From assembly GCA_950097015.1 (NCBI GenBank), contig CATNEN010000001.1, positions 10,664,001 through 10,728,000 of the forward strand: a stretch of 64,000 bases of DNA, given 5' to 3'. Shown piece by piece: positions 22,259 through 36,400 of the stretch. The stretch's first letter is position 1. Each line of letters opens with the position of its first letter. The notes under the pieces were generated by a model, which had not been told where the DNA came from, ran no database searches, and saw only the letters and a program-made list of their open reading frames with translations. The DNA is from Macrostomum hystrix (Eukaryota; Animalia; Platyhelminthes). The translations under genes and the position numbers were made by a program.

Positions 22259-25141
22259 ATGAACAGGAACAAGGATGTAAGATATGAACAGGAACAAGGA
22301 TTTAGGATATGAACAGGAACAAGGATTTAAGATATGAACAGGAACAAGGATTTAGGATATGAACAGGAACAAGGATGTAAGATATAAACAGGAACAAGGA
22401 TTTAGGATATGAACAGGAACAAGGATGTAAGATATGAACAGGAACAAGGATGTAGGATATGAACAGGAACAAGGATGTAAGATATGAACAGGAACAAGGA
22501 TTTAGGATATGAACAGGAACAAGGATGTAAGATATGAACAGGAACAAGGATTTAGGATATGAACTGGAACAAGGATTTAAGATATGAACTGGAACAAGGA
22601 TGTAAGATATGAACCGGAAAAAGGATTTAGGATATGAACTGGAACAAGGATTTAAGATATGAACTGGAACAAGGATGTAAGATATGAAGTGGAATGAGGA
22701 TGTAAGATATGAACAGGAACAAGGATTTAAGACATGAAGTGGAACAAGGATGTAAGATATGAACAGGAACAAGGATTTAGGATATAAACTGGAACTATGA
22801 TTTAAGATATGAACTGGAACAAGGATTTAAGATATGAACAGGAACAAGGATTTAAGATATTAACAGGAACAAGGATGTAAGATATGAACAGGAACAAGGA
22901 TTTAAGATATGAACAGGAACAAGGATGTAAGTTATGAACAGGAACAAGGATGTAAGATATGAACACGAACAAGGATTTATGATATGAACACGAACAAGGA
23001 TTTAAGATTTGAACACGAACAAGGATTTAAGATATGAACAGGAACAAGGATTTAAGATATTAACAGGAACAAGGATGTAAGATATGAACAGGAACAAGGA
23101 TGTAAGATATGAACAGGAACAAGGATTTAAGATATTAACAGGAACAAGGATGTAAGATATGAACAGGAACAAGGATTTAAGATATGAACAGGAACAAGGA
23201 TTTAAGATATGAACAGGAACAAGGATTTAAGATATTAACAGGAACAAGGATGTAAGATATGAACAGGAACAAGGATTTAAGATATGAACAGGAACAAGGA
23301 TGTAAGTTATGAACAGGAACAAGGATGTAAGATATGAACACGAACAAGGATTTATGATATGAACACGAACAAGGATTTAAGATTTGAACACGAACAAGGA
23401 TTTAAGATATGAACAGGAACAAGGATTTAAGATATTAACAGGAACAAGGATGTAAGATATGAACAGGAACAAGGATGTAAGATATGAACACGAACAAGGA
23501 TTTATGATATGAACACGAACAAGGATTTAAGATATGAACACGAACAAGGATGTAAGATATGAACACGAACAAGGATTTAAGATATGAACACGAACAAGGA
23601 TTTAAGATATGAACTGGAACAAGGATTTAGGATTTGAACAGGAACAAGGATGTAAGATATGAACAGGAACAAGGATTTAGGATATGAACACGAACAAGGA
23701 TTTAGGATATGAACACGAACAAGGATTTAAGATATGAACAGGAACAACGATTAAAGATATGAACAGGAACAAGGATTTAAGATATGAACAGAAACAAGGA
23801 TTTAAGCTATGAACAGGAACAAGGATGTAAGATATGAACAGGAACAAGGATATAAGATATGAACTGGAACAAGGATTTAAGATATGAACAGGAACAAGGA
23901 TTTAGGATATGAACAGGAACAAGGATGTAAGATATAAACACGAACAAGGATTTAAGATATTAACAGGAACAAGGATGTAAGATATGAACAGGAACAAGGA
24001 TTTAAGATATGAACTGGAACAAGGATTTAAGATATGAACAGGAACAAGGATTTAAGAAATGAAGTGGAACAATCATTTAAGATAAGAACAGGAACAAGGA
24101 TGTAAGATATGAACAGGAACAAGGATTTAGGATATGAACAGGAACAAGGATTTAAGCTATGAACAGGAACAAGGATGTAAGATATGAACACGAACAAGGA
24201 CTTAAGATATGAACACGAACAAGGATTTAAGATATGAACACGAACAAGGATTTAAGATATGAACACGAACAATGATTTAAGATATGAACAGGAACAAGGA
24301 TTTAAGATATGAACAGGAACAAGGATTTAAGATATGAACAGGAACAAGGATGTAAGATATGAACAGGAACAAGGATTTAAGATATGAACAGGAACAAGGA
24401 TATAAGATATGAACTGGAACAAGGATTTAAGATATGAACAGGAACAAGGATTAAGGATATGAACAGGAACAAGGATTTAAGATATGAAGTGGAACAAGGA
24501 TTTAAGATATGAACAGGAACAAGGATTTAAGATATGAACAGGAACAAGGATTTAGGATATGAACAGGAACAAGGATTTAAGATATGAACTGGAACAAGGA
24601 TTTAAGATATGAACAGGAACAAGGATTTAGGATATGAACAGGAACAAGGATTTAAGATATGAACAGGAACACGGATTTAAGATATGAGCAGGAACAAGGA
24701 TATAAGATATGAACAGGAACAAGGATTTAAGACATGAACTGGAACAATGATTTCAGAAATGAAGTGGAACAAGGATGTAAGATATGAACAGGAACAAGGA
24801 TTTAAGATATGAACAGGAACAAGGATGTAAGATATGAACAGGAACAAGGATTTAAGACATGAACAGGAACAAGGATTTAAGATATGAACAGGAACAAGGA
24901 TTTAAGATATGAACAGGAACAAGGATGTAAGATATGAACACGAACAAGGATTTAAGATATGAACAGGAACAAGGATGTAAGATATGAACAGGAACAAGGA
25001 TTTAAGACAAAAACAGGAACAAGGATTTAAGATATGAACAGGAACAAGGATGTAAGATATAAACACGAACAAGGATTTAAGATATTAACAGGAACAAGGA
25101 TGTAAGATATGAACAAACACAAGGATTTAGTATATGAACAA
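22259..25141. repeat. 25-bp minisatellite ATGAACAGGAACAAGGATKTAAGAT
   Basis: About 115 tandem units with point variants. Confidence 0.99.
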
Positions 25142-25517
25142 CTAGTTTTTGCCAACCAGCAAACTGATGTTCGAATCAGTCAAGTTTGTAACGGGACAAA
25201 GCTGGTCAGACTTTGGAAAGGCTTGCAAAGCAGCAGTGCCCTTCAATTTGGAAATGCAGCGTTTATCATGTTGCTGCGCTTGTACAAAGCGTACATCTAT
25301 AGTCTATGTTAACCTATGGCTACTTATGCTTTCTCATGGGATTAGCAGTCTGTGCGCGTCTCTATTTCTGCGCAGTTTAGTTAAATAAAATCACTAATTG
25401 AGCATTCTGGGTAAGTTCGCTGGGTAAGCAGATGAAATCCAAGCTTGTGTAACCAGCACCCAAGGCCTCCGAGCAGTCGTAAAATCGTAGGCAGGCCAGA
25501 AGCCGCTTACAAACCGC

Positions 25518-25646
25518 CAAAAGCGGGCAACGAAAGGCCGGGTCGGTTGACCAGTGTTGCGCAATCTCTGGCTTCTAATCGATGCCCATCAGCAAAATGA
25601 TGCCTACCAGCTTCCGGGCTTCATCCAAAGTGCAGTTTCGCCAGTT
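25518..25646 (-). pseudogene. piggyBac-type (PGBD) transposase remnant
   Basis: Reads NWRNCTLDEARKLVGIILLMGID*KPEIAQHWSTDPAFRCPLL through a stop, matching the piggyBac W..T..E...G...MGI...P....YWS motif. Confidence 0.72.
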
Positions 25647-26179
25647 CAGCATTCGGCCTCCTAAAAGGTCTGCCAAGCCTTTGAATTCGTCGCATGGCAA
25701 TCTCTTAATCCTCAGACTCACTAAATGCCTCTTCTCAGTCTTCTGCTGTTGAATAATTGCTTGATGGTCCATCCGAGTCGGAGCATGTTCTAGAGTTCAT
25801 TTTCAAAATCAAATTCAGAAGGAATGTGAATGACAGCAAAAATGCAATTAGATCTATTTAGTGTGAGCTATGTGAGAATAGGATGTGAGAAAAATGCAGA
25901 AAACAATACTACCACGGTATGACCGAGCTTGACCCAGTTTCGAGCCCAAGATAAAGCAGTCACATAAGGATTTTACTCACCGGAAATCAATATTCGTATC
26001 AATATGCCGAACCTAAATTTCTAATTTATGTTGTGTAGCAGTCTTTAAATGATTACAATTAGGGCATTAAGCACTGGAAATACAAACGCAAAGGATCAGG
26101 GGCAAGAATGAATCAGAATCCATTTCTAAATTATCCAACTCAAGGTCTTTTATCCCAACAGCTCATCCAGACTACCGAA

Positions 26180-29100
26180 TACCACTCTCCCATCCACTCT
26201 CATCCCACTCACATCCCACTCTCATGCCACTCTCATGCCACTCGCATCCCACTCTCATCTCACTCTCATGCCACTCTCATCCCACTCACATCCCACTCTC
26301 ATGCCACTCTCATCCCACTCTCATGCCACTCTCATCCCACTCACATCCCACTCTCATCCCACTCTCATGCCACTCTCATGCCACTCGCATCCCACTCTCA
26401 TCTCACTCTCATGCCACTCACATCCCACTCTCATGCCACTCTCATGCCACTCTCATCCCACTCACATCCCACTCTCATGCCACTCGCATCCCACTCTCAT
26501 CTCACTCTCATGCCACTCACATCCCACTCTCATGCCACTCTCATGCCACTCTCATCCCACTCACATCCCACTCTCATGCCACTCGCATCCCACTCTCATC
26601 TCACTCTCATGCCACTCACATCCCACTCTCATGCCACTCTCATGCCACTCTCATCCCACTCACATCCCACTCTCATGCCACTCGCATCCCAATCTCATCT
26701 CACTCTCATGCCACTCACATCTAACTCTCATGCCACTCGCATACCACTCTCATCTCACTCTCATGCCACTCTCATCCCACTCACATGCCACTCTCATCCC
26801 ACTCTCATGCCACTCGCATCCCACTCTCATCTCACTCTCATCCCACTCTCATGCCACTCTTATCCCACTCTCATGCCACTTTCATCCCACTCTCATGCCA
26901 CTCGCATCCCACTCTCATCTCACTCTCATCCCACTCACATCCCACTCTCATGCCACTCTCATGCCACTCTCATCCCACTCTCATCTCACTCTCATGCCAC
27001 TCTCATCCCACTCATATCCCACTCTCATGCCACTCGCATCCCACTCTCATCTCACTCTCATGCCACTCTCATCCCACTCTCATCCCACTCTCATGCCACT
27101 CGCATCCCACTCTCATCTCACTCTCATCCCACTCACATCCCACTCTCATGCCACTCTCATGCCACTCTCATCCCACTCTCATCTCACTCTCATGCCACTC
27201 TCATCCCACCCATATCCCACTCTCATGCCACTCGCATCCCACTCTCATCTCACTCTCATGCCACTCTCATCCCACTCTCATCCCACTCTCATCCTACTCT
27301 TATCCCACTCTCATCCAAATCTCATCTCACTCTCATGCCACTCTCATCCCTCTCTCATCCCACTCTCATCACACTCTCATCCCACTCTCATCCCACTCTC
27401 ATCCCACTCTCATCCCACTCTCATCCCACTCTCATCCTACTCTCATCCCTCTCTCATCCCACTCTCATCCCACTCTGATCCCACTCCATCATCCCACTCT
27501 CATCCCACTCCATCATCCCACTCTCATCCCACTCCATCATCCCACTCTCCCATCCCACTCTCATCCCACTCTCCCATCCCACTCTCATCCCACTCTCATC
27601 CCACTCTCATCCCACTCACATCCTACTCTCATCGCACTCTCATCCCACTCCATCATCCCACTCTCATCCCACTCTATCATGCCACTCTCATCCCACTCCA
27701 TCATCCCACTCTCCCATCCCACTCTCATCCCACTCTCTCATCCCACTCTCATCCCACTCCATCATCCCACTCTCCCATCCCACTCTCATCCCACTCTCTC
27801 ATCCAACTCTCTCATACAAATATCATCCCACTCTCATCCCACTCTCATCCCACTGTCATCCCACTCTCTCATCCCACTCTCATCCCACTCTCATCCCTCT
27901 CTCATCGCACTCTCATCCTACTCCATCATCCCACTCTCATCCCACTCCATCAACCCACTCTCCCATCCCACTCTCATCCCACTCCATCATCCCACTCTCC
28001 CATCCCATTCTCATCCCACTCTCATCGTATCCCAGTCTTTCAACCCGATCCCTCATTTCAGTCTTCCATCCCACACTGTCATTCCACTCTCTCATCCCAC
28101 TCTCTCATCCCACTCTCATCCCACTCTCTCATCCAACTCTCATGCCACTCGCATCCCACTCTCATCTCACTCTCATCCCACTCTCATGCCACTCTTATCC
28201 CACTCTCATGCCACTCTCATCCCACTCTCATGCCACTCTCATCCCACTCTCATCTCACTCTCATCCCACTCTCATGCCACTCTCATGCCACTCGCATCCC
28301 ACTCTCATCTCACTCTCATGCCACTCTCATCCCACTCTCATCCCACTCTCATCCTACTCTTATCCCACTCTCATCCAAATCTCATCCCACTCTCATGCCA
28401 CTCTCATCCCTCTCTCATCCCACTCTCATCACACTCTCATCCCACTCTCATCCCACTCTCATCCCACTCTTATCCCACTGTCATCCCACTCTCATGCCAC
28501 TCTCATCCCACTCTCATCCCACTCTCATCCTACTCTCATCCCACTGTCATCCCACTCTCTCATCCCACTTTCATCCCACTCTCATCCCACTCTCATCCTA
28601 CTCTCATCCCTCTCTCATCCCACTCTCATCCCACTCTCATCCCACTCCATCATCCGACTCTCCCATCCCACTCCATCATCCCACTCTCCCATCCCACTCT
28701 CATCCCACTCTCTCATCCCAATCTCATCCCTCTCTTATCCCACTCTCATGCCACTCTTATCCCACTCTCATGCCACTCTCATCCCACTCTCATGCCACTC
28801 TCATCCCACTCTCATCTCACTCTCATCCCACTCTCATGCCACTCTCATGCCACTCGCATCCCACTCTCATCTCACTCTCATGCCACTCTCATCCCACTCT
28901 CATCCCACTCTCATCCTACTCTTATCCCACTCTCATCCAAATCTCATCCCACTCTCATGCCACTCTCATCCCTCTCTCATCCCACTCTCATCACACTCTC
29001 ATCCCACTCTCATCCCACTCTCATCCCACTCCATCATCCCACTCTCATCCCACTCCATCAACCCACTCTCCCATCCCACTCTCATCCCACTCCATCATCC

Positions 29101-29327
29101 CACTCTCCCATCTCATTCTCATCCCACTCTCATCGCATCCCAGTCTTTCAACCCGATCCCTCATTTCAGTCTTCCATCCCACACTCTCATCCCACTCTCT
29201 TATCCCACTCTCTCATCCCACTCTCATCCCACTCTCTCATCCAACTCTCTCATACAAATCTCATCCCACTCTCATCCCACTCTCTCATCCAACTCTCTCA
29301 TACAAATCTCATCCCACTCTCATCCCA
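26180..29327. repeat. 11-bp minisatellite CCACTCTCAT(C/G), related to the 13-bp unit
   Basis: Tandem 11-mers with interspersed 13/14-mers; a non-repeat segment ATCCCAGTCTTTCAACCCGATCCCTCATTTCAGTC occurs near 28029 and 29137, showing a larger internal duplication. Confidence 0.97.
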
Positions 29328-29819
29328 ATCAGATTTAATGTTTCCCCACTGCCTTATGCCGCATGCGTTCTTCACTTCAAAAGCAGTTTTGAGTCTCGTG
29401 AGTCACTTCTTTATTGTTCTTCCCCCGCAGTTTTTGTTCGAATGTCATTGCAGATCTGTAGCTCTCTGAGATCTTGTCTTTTCCCTTGACTGTGGACTGG
29501 GTTCAAATCCTTCTGGCCATGAGTCATCCGGGAAGCAATGTCATTGCTGGGCTGGGCTGTGGGATGAGCATAGACTCATACTCAGCTCTGTTGTGAGATG
29601 GGTAGGAAGGTTGAGTGGCTATCTCAAACTATGGTCCGCAGTGAGTCATCGGACAGGGAATGCTGACCCTCCCAAATCTATGGGGCAGTTATTCTTTACA
29701 ATGCGATGGCAGGCTTGCTGGCTTTCTGAGCCGTGGAGCTCAGAAAAAACTTAAGGGTGTAGGCTATCTGGCTGTCCCGAAAAAAAAACTGGGCAGATAG
29801 GAAATTCGGATGCATTGAG

Positions 29820-30376
29820 ATTAGAGTAGAGACAGATGAGAGCAGAGTTGAGAGCAGAGTGAGATAAGAGTGGATTTGAGAGTAGAGTGAAGTAGGAGTA
29901 GAGTGAGATGGGGGTAGAGTGAGATGAGAGTTGGGTGAGATGAGAGTAGAGTGATATAAGAGTAGAGTGAGGTTTGATTAGAGTGAGATGGGAGTAGAAT
30001 GAGATGAGAGTAGAGATGAGAGTAGAGTGAAATGGCGGTAGAGTGAGATGTGAGTAGAGTGAGATGGGGGTAGAGTGAGATGGGAGTAGCGATGAGAGTA
30101 GAGTAAGATGGGAGTAGAGTGAGAAGAGAGTAGAGATGAGAGTAGAGTGAGATAGAGTAGATTGAGAAGAGAGCAGAGTTGAGAGTAGAGTAAGATGGGA
30201 GTATTGTGAGAAGAGAGTAGAGATGAGAGTAGGGTGAGGTGAGAGTAGAGTGAGAAGAGAGTAGATATGAGAGTAGAGTGAAGTGAGATTAGAGTGAGAT
30301 GTGAGTAGAGTGAGATGGGGGTAGAGTGAGATAGGGGTAGATTGAGATGGGAGTAGAGATGAGAATAGGGTGAGAT
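29820..30376. repeat. Degenerate ~16/11-bp purine-rich repeat GAGTAGAGTGAGATG(A/G)
   Basis: Imperfect tandem units; the reverse complement shares CATCTCACTCT with the 11-bp array. Confidence 0.9.
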
Positions 30377-31316
30377 CTACTCCAGATCTACAGGCTTTGG
30401 CGTCTTGCGCATGTTGAGCCGAAAGGAATTTATTTTAAAGCCGAATAAATTTTCCACTTTAGGTCTGAGGCTTTTAAATTAGGATAAGTTGTTAGGATAT
30501 GTTTAGTTACTTTAAGTTGAGTCCGGTCCACTAACATCTCAGATAAGGCACAGCTGTTAAAGCTTAAAATGAAAAGCAACTTATTTTATTGAGCAGGATT
30601 TTATAGGATTGTATTGGATAAGTTTCCATGAAAAGTTCTTATCGACTGTGAAATCCTTGCCTTAGGCTCTCTGAATGTGGCATTGAAAATGAATTGCCTA
30701 GCTGTGGTGGGACAGCCACTCAGCCAGTCTACGAGTGTACACTGCCACTGGGGTAGGGGGGTTTTGGCGAAGAGTTTTTCTCTCCCAGGGTGAACTGCCC
30801 CTGCGCACATTGGGCCAGCCAGTCAGTCCTCTGCAGTAATGAGCCCTCTCCTCTCTTCTCTCCCCCAAGCTATCGATTTTCCTCGGGTGGGGGCAGGCAG
30901 GCAGTCCATATTAAGTCAGCGCTCGCCAGTTCCGCCAGCCCTCTACAGCCCGGCATCTGCTTGCCTCTGTTGCAGTTGCAGTTAGTGCGCTCTTCATTGC
31001 CAGGTAAAGAATTTTCTGATTCTTGCTACGTTGCTAAGTGTTTTTAACCGTGCATTCTACTTAACTATCAAGCTGAGAATGCTCGCTCATTTCTAAGCCA
31101 CTTTGTCTTCGAGCAGAGCGGGCTAAATTTGTGCGAAGCGAGTTCTGAGCAGAATTACTTGACATCAGTTTTAGCTAGGGCCTATTCGATGCCATGAAAA
31201 AGGCAGTTTTGAATCGGCTGTTGATCTCTAATAGGTCCTCCTGAAGGGCGTCTTCTTCGTTACCTCCTAAAGATAACGGATAACTCAAATCAAATCAATC
31301 AATAATCCTCTAGGAA

Positions 31317-31995
31317 GGCGATTTTCCTCTTTCGTTCGTTAAATTATTTTTTTCGACAGAAACAAGTTGTGACTACTGAGTAATGTCAGAAAACGACAGT
31401 AATGGGATGCTGGGACTTAAATTTTTCTCGGAAAGTTGGATGGAGTTGTTTAACTAAAGACAAACGGTAATGGTAAACGACATGTAACGACAGTAAACGA
31501 CAACAATAGGGCACTGCGTCCTGTAGCTTGCTCTGGCATACAGAGAGTCTCACAAAGTCCAATATGGTTCAACTGGAGCCCCAGCAGTTCACAGTTCACA
31601 GGGGGTAATAGTGCGCAATCCAAAAGAGAATGTTTCCGAACACATTCTGTGGGTGCATCTTACGCCACATAAATTCCTCCAGATGTGACTCGACTAGCGC
31701 CTTGCTTGTTCCGTGCATGAAGATTGAGTGAAGACTCAATGCGATAAGTCAAAGCTCATGCGAGAGTGGGAAGGGGAGCAAGGAGCGAGTGCAAGCTGCT
31801 GCCTATACTCCGCCACAAACCGAGTAGGTGAGTAGTGCCATAGACATGTGTCAGCAGCAACCCCATGTCCTTTCCACTACTGCCACATCATTTTTTCAAT
31901 AGGCACAATTTCAAATGCTGCCACGTCACTTTTTCGCGTCTACGCACCGATTCAAATCGAAAAAATAATTTAACGAACGAAAGAGGAAAATCGCC
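31317..31995. mobile_element. Non-autonomous TIR element (MITE), probably Merlin family
   Basis: 39/40-bp TIRs GGCGATTTTCCTCTTTCGTTCGTTAAATTATTTTTT(T)CGA at 31317-31356 and 31957-31995; no coding capacity; TSD imperfect. Confidence 0.8.
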
Positions 31996-32153
31996 ACAGG
32001 AATGTATCCTAGGAAACAAGGAGGCCTTTCTCAAATACATCAACGATATGTGGCTCTCGTAAACTTAGTTCAATTCAACAACGATTGCTAGCAATAAATT
32101 ACTCTGTCTAGTAAAGTGCTTACCACTTGTCTTTCCCTCAGAGATGAGTCCTC

Positions 32154-32792
32154 GGCAATCATGAACTTTCCCGCGTTTAATTATTTTTTCTCTTTTTCGT
32201 AACCTTTAAGTGTGGGGTGATGAAAATTAGTATTATTAAAGTTCAGGGGCATAAAAAACACTAGGTACCACGATTATTAGTTAATAAAGAGTCACAGTCA
32301 GCAGGGGTAGTAGTGGCAGATCCAGAATAGGATGTGTCCGAACTGCAGATTCGGGAACGTCCGGCGCTACATAAATTCCTGGAGATATGTCTCGAACAGG
32401 CCATCGGAGGTGCCGTGCATTGCTTGGAACTTCGCCTTGCAGTTCCCCCACATGCCCTCGACGGTGTTTGTGTGGGCATCCGGATTGGCAGGGTTGCGGA
32501 AGTGGAGCGAGTGGTTGACGGTAATGTGGTTCTGTAGGGTATTGTACGCGGCCCACTGGTCCGTCACGATCCGTGTCCCTGGGAGCACATGCTGATTGAT
32601 CACCGGTACCAGGGACGCAGCAGATCGGCTCTGCACAGGTACCAGCATGCAGTGGTTGCTGCCCCGCTCCACCATGCCCAGCACCCAGTGGCCTTCTCGG
32701 TACTGGCCCTGGTGGTACTTCCTGTGCATGAATTTGGACTCGTCGATTTCCACGTCCACACCAGGTCCACCAAGCTGGGTTGGGTGATCGAC
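32154..32792 (-). mobile_element. Merlin/IS1595-family DNA transposon fragment (transposase C-terminal half, 32298-32790, plus one probable TIR)
   Basis: LGGPGVDVEIDESKF, WVLGMVER, IVTDQWAAY, VNHS, HTNTVEGMW, YLQEFM*RR with a premature TAG where Trp is expected; TIR-like GGCAATCATGAACTTTCCCGCGTTTAATTATTTTTT at 32154-32189. Confidence 0.9.
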
Positions 32793-33115
32793 TAGGCTAG
32801 TAATGAAGATGTGATCTTCATCGAGATGAGAGAGCAGAGTATTTTGCCCAAAATTTCTTGCCTGAAAAGTTTAAATAAGCCATTAACAGCACAGCTAATG
32901 ACTCATAAATTGAAAGTAGATTGAGGGAAAATGCAAACTATAAGAATCCACATGCTGTTGGTTGATGCTTAACGGTAAATTTCGACAACTGCATACCCAC
33001 AGTCTGCATTTGCATAAACTGCACTGAGTATACTGTTGGCAAAATTATTACCTCAGTTTTAAATCCAGAGGCACATGGATTGCCAAACACAGACCTGCGC
33101 CAAAATAATATCCCC

Positions 33116-33320
33116 AGCAATTCCCTTATTCCTAAATTCCCCATCAGAAATTCCCTTATTCCCAAATTCCCTATCAGCTATTCCCTTAAACCCAATCAGC
33201 TATTCCCTTATTCCCAATCAGCTATTCCCTTATTCCCAAACAGCTACTCCCTTATTCCCAATCAGCTACTACCTTATTCCCAATCAGCTACTACCTTATT
33301 CCCTATCAGCTATTCCCTAA
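33116..33320. repeat. 22-bp minisatellite CAGCTATTCCCTTATTCCCAAT
   Basis: About 8 imperfect units. Confidence 0.85.
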
Positions 33321-33378
33321 TTCTGTTAACAATTTCAATTTCGCCCCTACTGCATGACGCAGGGCTGCTTTGGCCTTA

Positions 33379-33466
33379 TCTGCTGCTGGGGCTGCTCCTG
33401 CTGCTGCTGGGGCTGCTCCTGCTGCTGCTTGGGCTGCTCCTGCTGCTGCTGGGGCTGCTCCTGCTG
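33379..33466. repeat. 21-bp tandem repeat CTGCTGCTGGGGCTGCTCCTG
   Basis: About 4 near-perfect units. Confidence 0.9.
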
Positions 33467-36400
33467 AAGAGGATTACCTTACATTTGTAATATGAAAATT
33501 TATATTACAAATGTAATATGTAAAATGTAATAGGCTGGCGCCACTTCTTAGCCACTGACTTGCCACTGGCAGTATCGGTATCACAGAGATTACTCGCTCG
33601 CCATTCTCGCTTGGCACTGTTGCTCGCATTGCAGGTCCAGAGTATTTGTCAAACTCGACCCAGATGCAATCAGGATGACTCGGCGGTGCTCTTCCTGTAG
33701 CATAGGCAATCTCACAAACTGTCCCAACAGAACCATTCACCAGGCCGTTTTGAACCGACAGATTTCGTGTCAGCATCACACGTGCACCAATCGTCAGGTA
33801 TAGTCTTTTCGCCAGACAGGATCCTGAGCTCTCTCTTTCACCATTGCCAGCTGAATTCCTTGGCGGTTGTTTGCCTTTACAAATTGCATCAATGCGCCGC
33901 ACCGGATTTGTCACGCTTGCCATTGCGCCCAGCTGCCTGTAATTTGCATCTTCAACTACATCGTTCAGGTAGTACAAAAACGTGCAGCTTTCCTGGAAAC
34001 TTGACGGCATCAGCTCTTGGCACTTTTGCATCAACTGCCACACTTGGTCAGTGACATTGCCTTCTCGAAGCGATTCCAACATTCTGGCAAACTCAACATC
34101 ATCGGCCTGACGAGCTTGTCTGTGCAAATGTACTAACAGTTTTGAATTTCTGATACAAGCTGTAGCCAAATTGATTAAGATTGTTTCTCTCATTCGGTTT
34201 GTAATCAAACAGTTTTCCATCTTGAACAGGCGGCAATTGAAACACATCTCCAACGAGAATGATTGACAGTCCGCCAAAGTCTACATTTTCATTATTGACC
34301 TGCTTTGGAAACAAATCACACAGTCGGAGGTGAACATTTGCCAGCGTTCTTTTACCGACCATTGAAAACTCGTCAATAATTATGTAGCGAACTTTTGACC
34401 ACTGATTCTGCATTTCCATCCGTGCCTTGCTACTGCCTTGATTGTTACCTTGACCTCTACTGAACTTGACGTGCAGGCGCAGTGCTGAATGCAGCGTTTG
34501 CCCACCAATATTAAAAGCAGATACACCGGTTGGAGCCAATACTTTGCACCTGGATTCGCCAATCAGCTGCTTCACGGCTGCAATCAGAAAACTCTTGCCA
34601 GTTCCAGCACTACCGTAGAGAATCACTTTCAATGGAGCTGGCTTTGGCATGCCATCACTTTCCGCAATTTGAAGTTGTCGCCAGTGATTCTCAATAGTGT
34701 CGTACAATTTCCGTTGCTCGAGGTTCAACAAACTAACGTCGATTGGAGCTGCAGCGGCCTCATTGTCTGCCATTAGGTTCGCTGCTTCCAATTGTTGAGC
34801 TCCCACATTTGACTTGAATGCCGACATAAGAAACGTCTTTGCTTCTTGAACTGTCGGAAACCTGCCAGCCGGAGCAGACCAATCAAAATCTGACGGTGGA
34901 CTCGGAAGTCTCTCTTCTGCGCTTACTACATGCTGCAATTCTCGATGAGTTGCACCCATTGCAGCCATCCATTCATCCTGCTGATTGGCAGGAAAAGTCC
35001 GTGCAGCCACTGATTCGGCATTCGCTGTTGTCATTTCTGGCAACTCGTCAACAGCCGCTTGCTCTTCTTCATCTTCTTCATCGTTGCGCAGCTCGTCCAA
35101 ATCCCGCACCACCAACTCGCATTGATTCGCCGCCTCTGACCTGGCTTCGAATGCTTCTCGCCAGGTTGCGTGCGATCCCTTTGCCTGCTCTTCAGTGCGC
35201 CAGCAACTCCAAAGTAGTACTTGCTGTCGAAAATACTGCTCTCGTCGCTGGTCCGAAATTTCATTAGCACGCAGAAACGGACTCACAATTACAACTGCTT
35301 CTTTGCCTTGCACTCTCCGTTGTAGACTGCCTGATCGACTACCACTTTTTGGTGCCACCCAAGCATAGTCTGCAAAAAATCGGTACATTGTCACATTCTC
35401 CAGCTGCTTAGGTCGATTGCCATACTTGTCTAAACTGTTCTTGCATGTACCACGACGTTCCACGGCTCGTGTCTCGCCCGTCTGTACGTACACAAATTCG
35501 CGAGACGATTTATACATTGGCGTCTGTAGTAGCAAATGCATGGCCTCTTGAGCAGAATAGTCACGTGCTCCAACTTCCAACATAAGCTGCTGCTGAACAA
35601 TTCGTCTAGCCGTATTAGTTCGACGATACTCTGCTGTTCCATCTTGCTGCTGCTGCTGCTGCTCATCTCCTGTCAACAATCGTTTGCTGATAGCTTCCAA
35701 ATTCACAGACTGCTTTTCACCCTTGCTGGCATACTTGAGCAAATAGCGAATCAAGCTCTTGGCCGATGCTATAAACTGAATATCAACGTTGGCTCGCCAC
35801 ATGCATAGCAACTGGGGATTGTAGGAGCCCATCAGCTCGTCATTGCGTTGCGTCTCTACCAGCCAATTCAAACGCGACTTTTTCGTTGCCACAGTCCTTT
35901 CGCGCAGCTCTCGTGGATACTTGTATCGACACTCTTTCTTGTTGTTAACAGATCGAGTACACCGAGCGCTGCAAATTGTGTCTCGAACTCGCATGGGACA
36001 ATACTTGCAAATCAGCTTTATCGTCTTGAATTTCTCGCGGCTCCAATCGAGAAGGGTGGTCTTCAAACGTTACAGCATTGTTCATGATAGAATTTCCCGT
36101 TTCTGAACCATCTTTGCACATATTCCAACTGCAAATGTACTTGTCTACAAATGCCACAAGCTCTTCTGGCTGCAAATTAATTGACGTCACATCGACACTA
36201 TCTGGCATCCAAACACATCCGTGCACGTGTGGGCTTCCTCGACTCTGATACTCTACGCGAAACCAAAAGTCCTTCACTTTCCAATGCTCAACAAAAAAGC
36301 GTCCCAAAAACTCTTCAAACCGCAACCAAAACACAGTGTCCGCCATGCCTGGATCAGTCCGCAACAACTGTCATTTCTTCTCTAGACGGATCACGCGGCT

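Noticed and set aside
17379-22772. KRFKVIQ, SQSQCTQIT and FISYILVPV repeat ORFs
   Set aside because: Translations of the 21-, 32- and 25-bp minisatellites.
29495-29640. B-box-like GGTTCAAATCC, possible tRNA or SINE
   Set aside because: No cloverleaf or convincing A-box; may be an old SINE fragment but cannot be supported.
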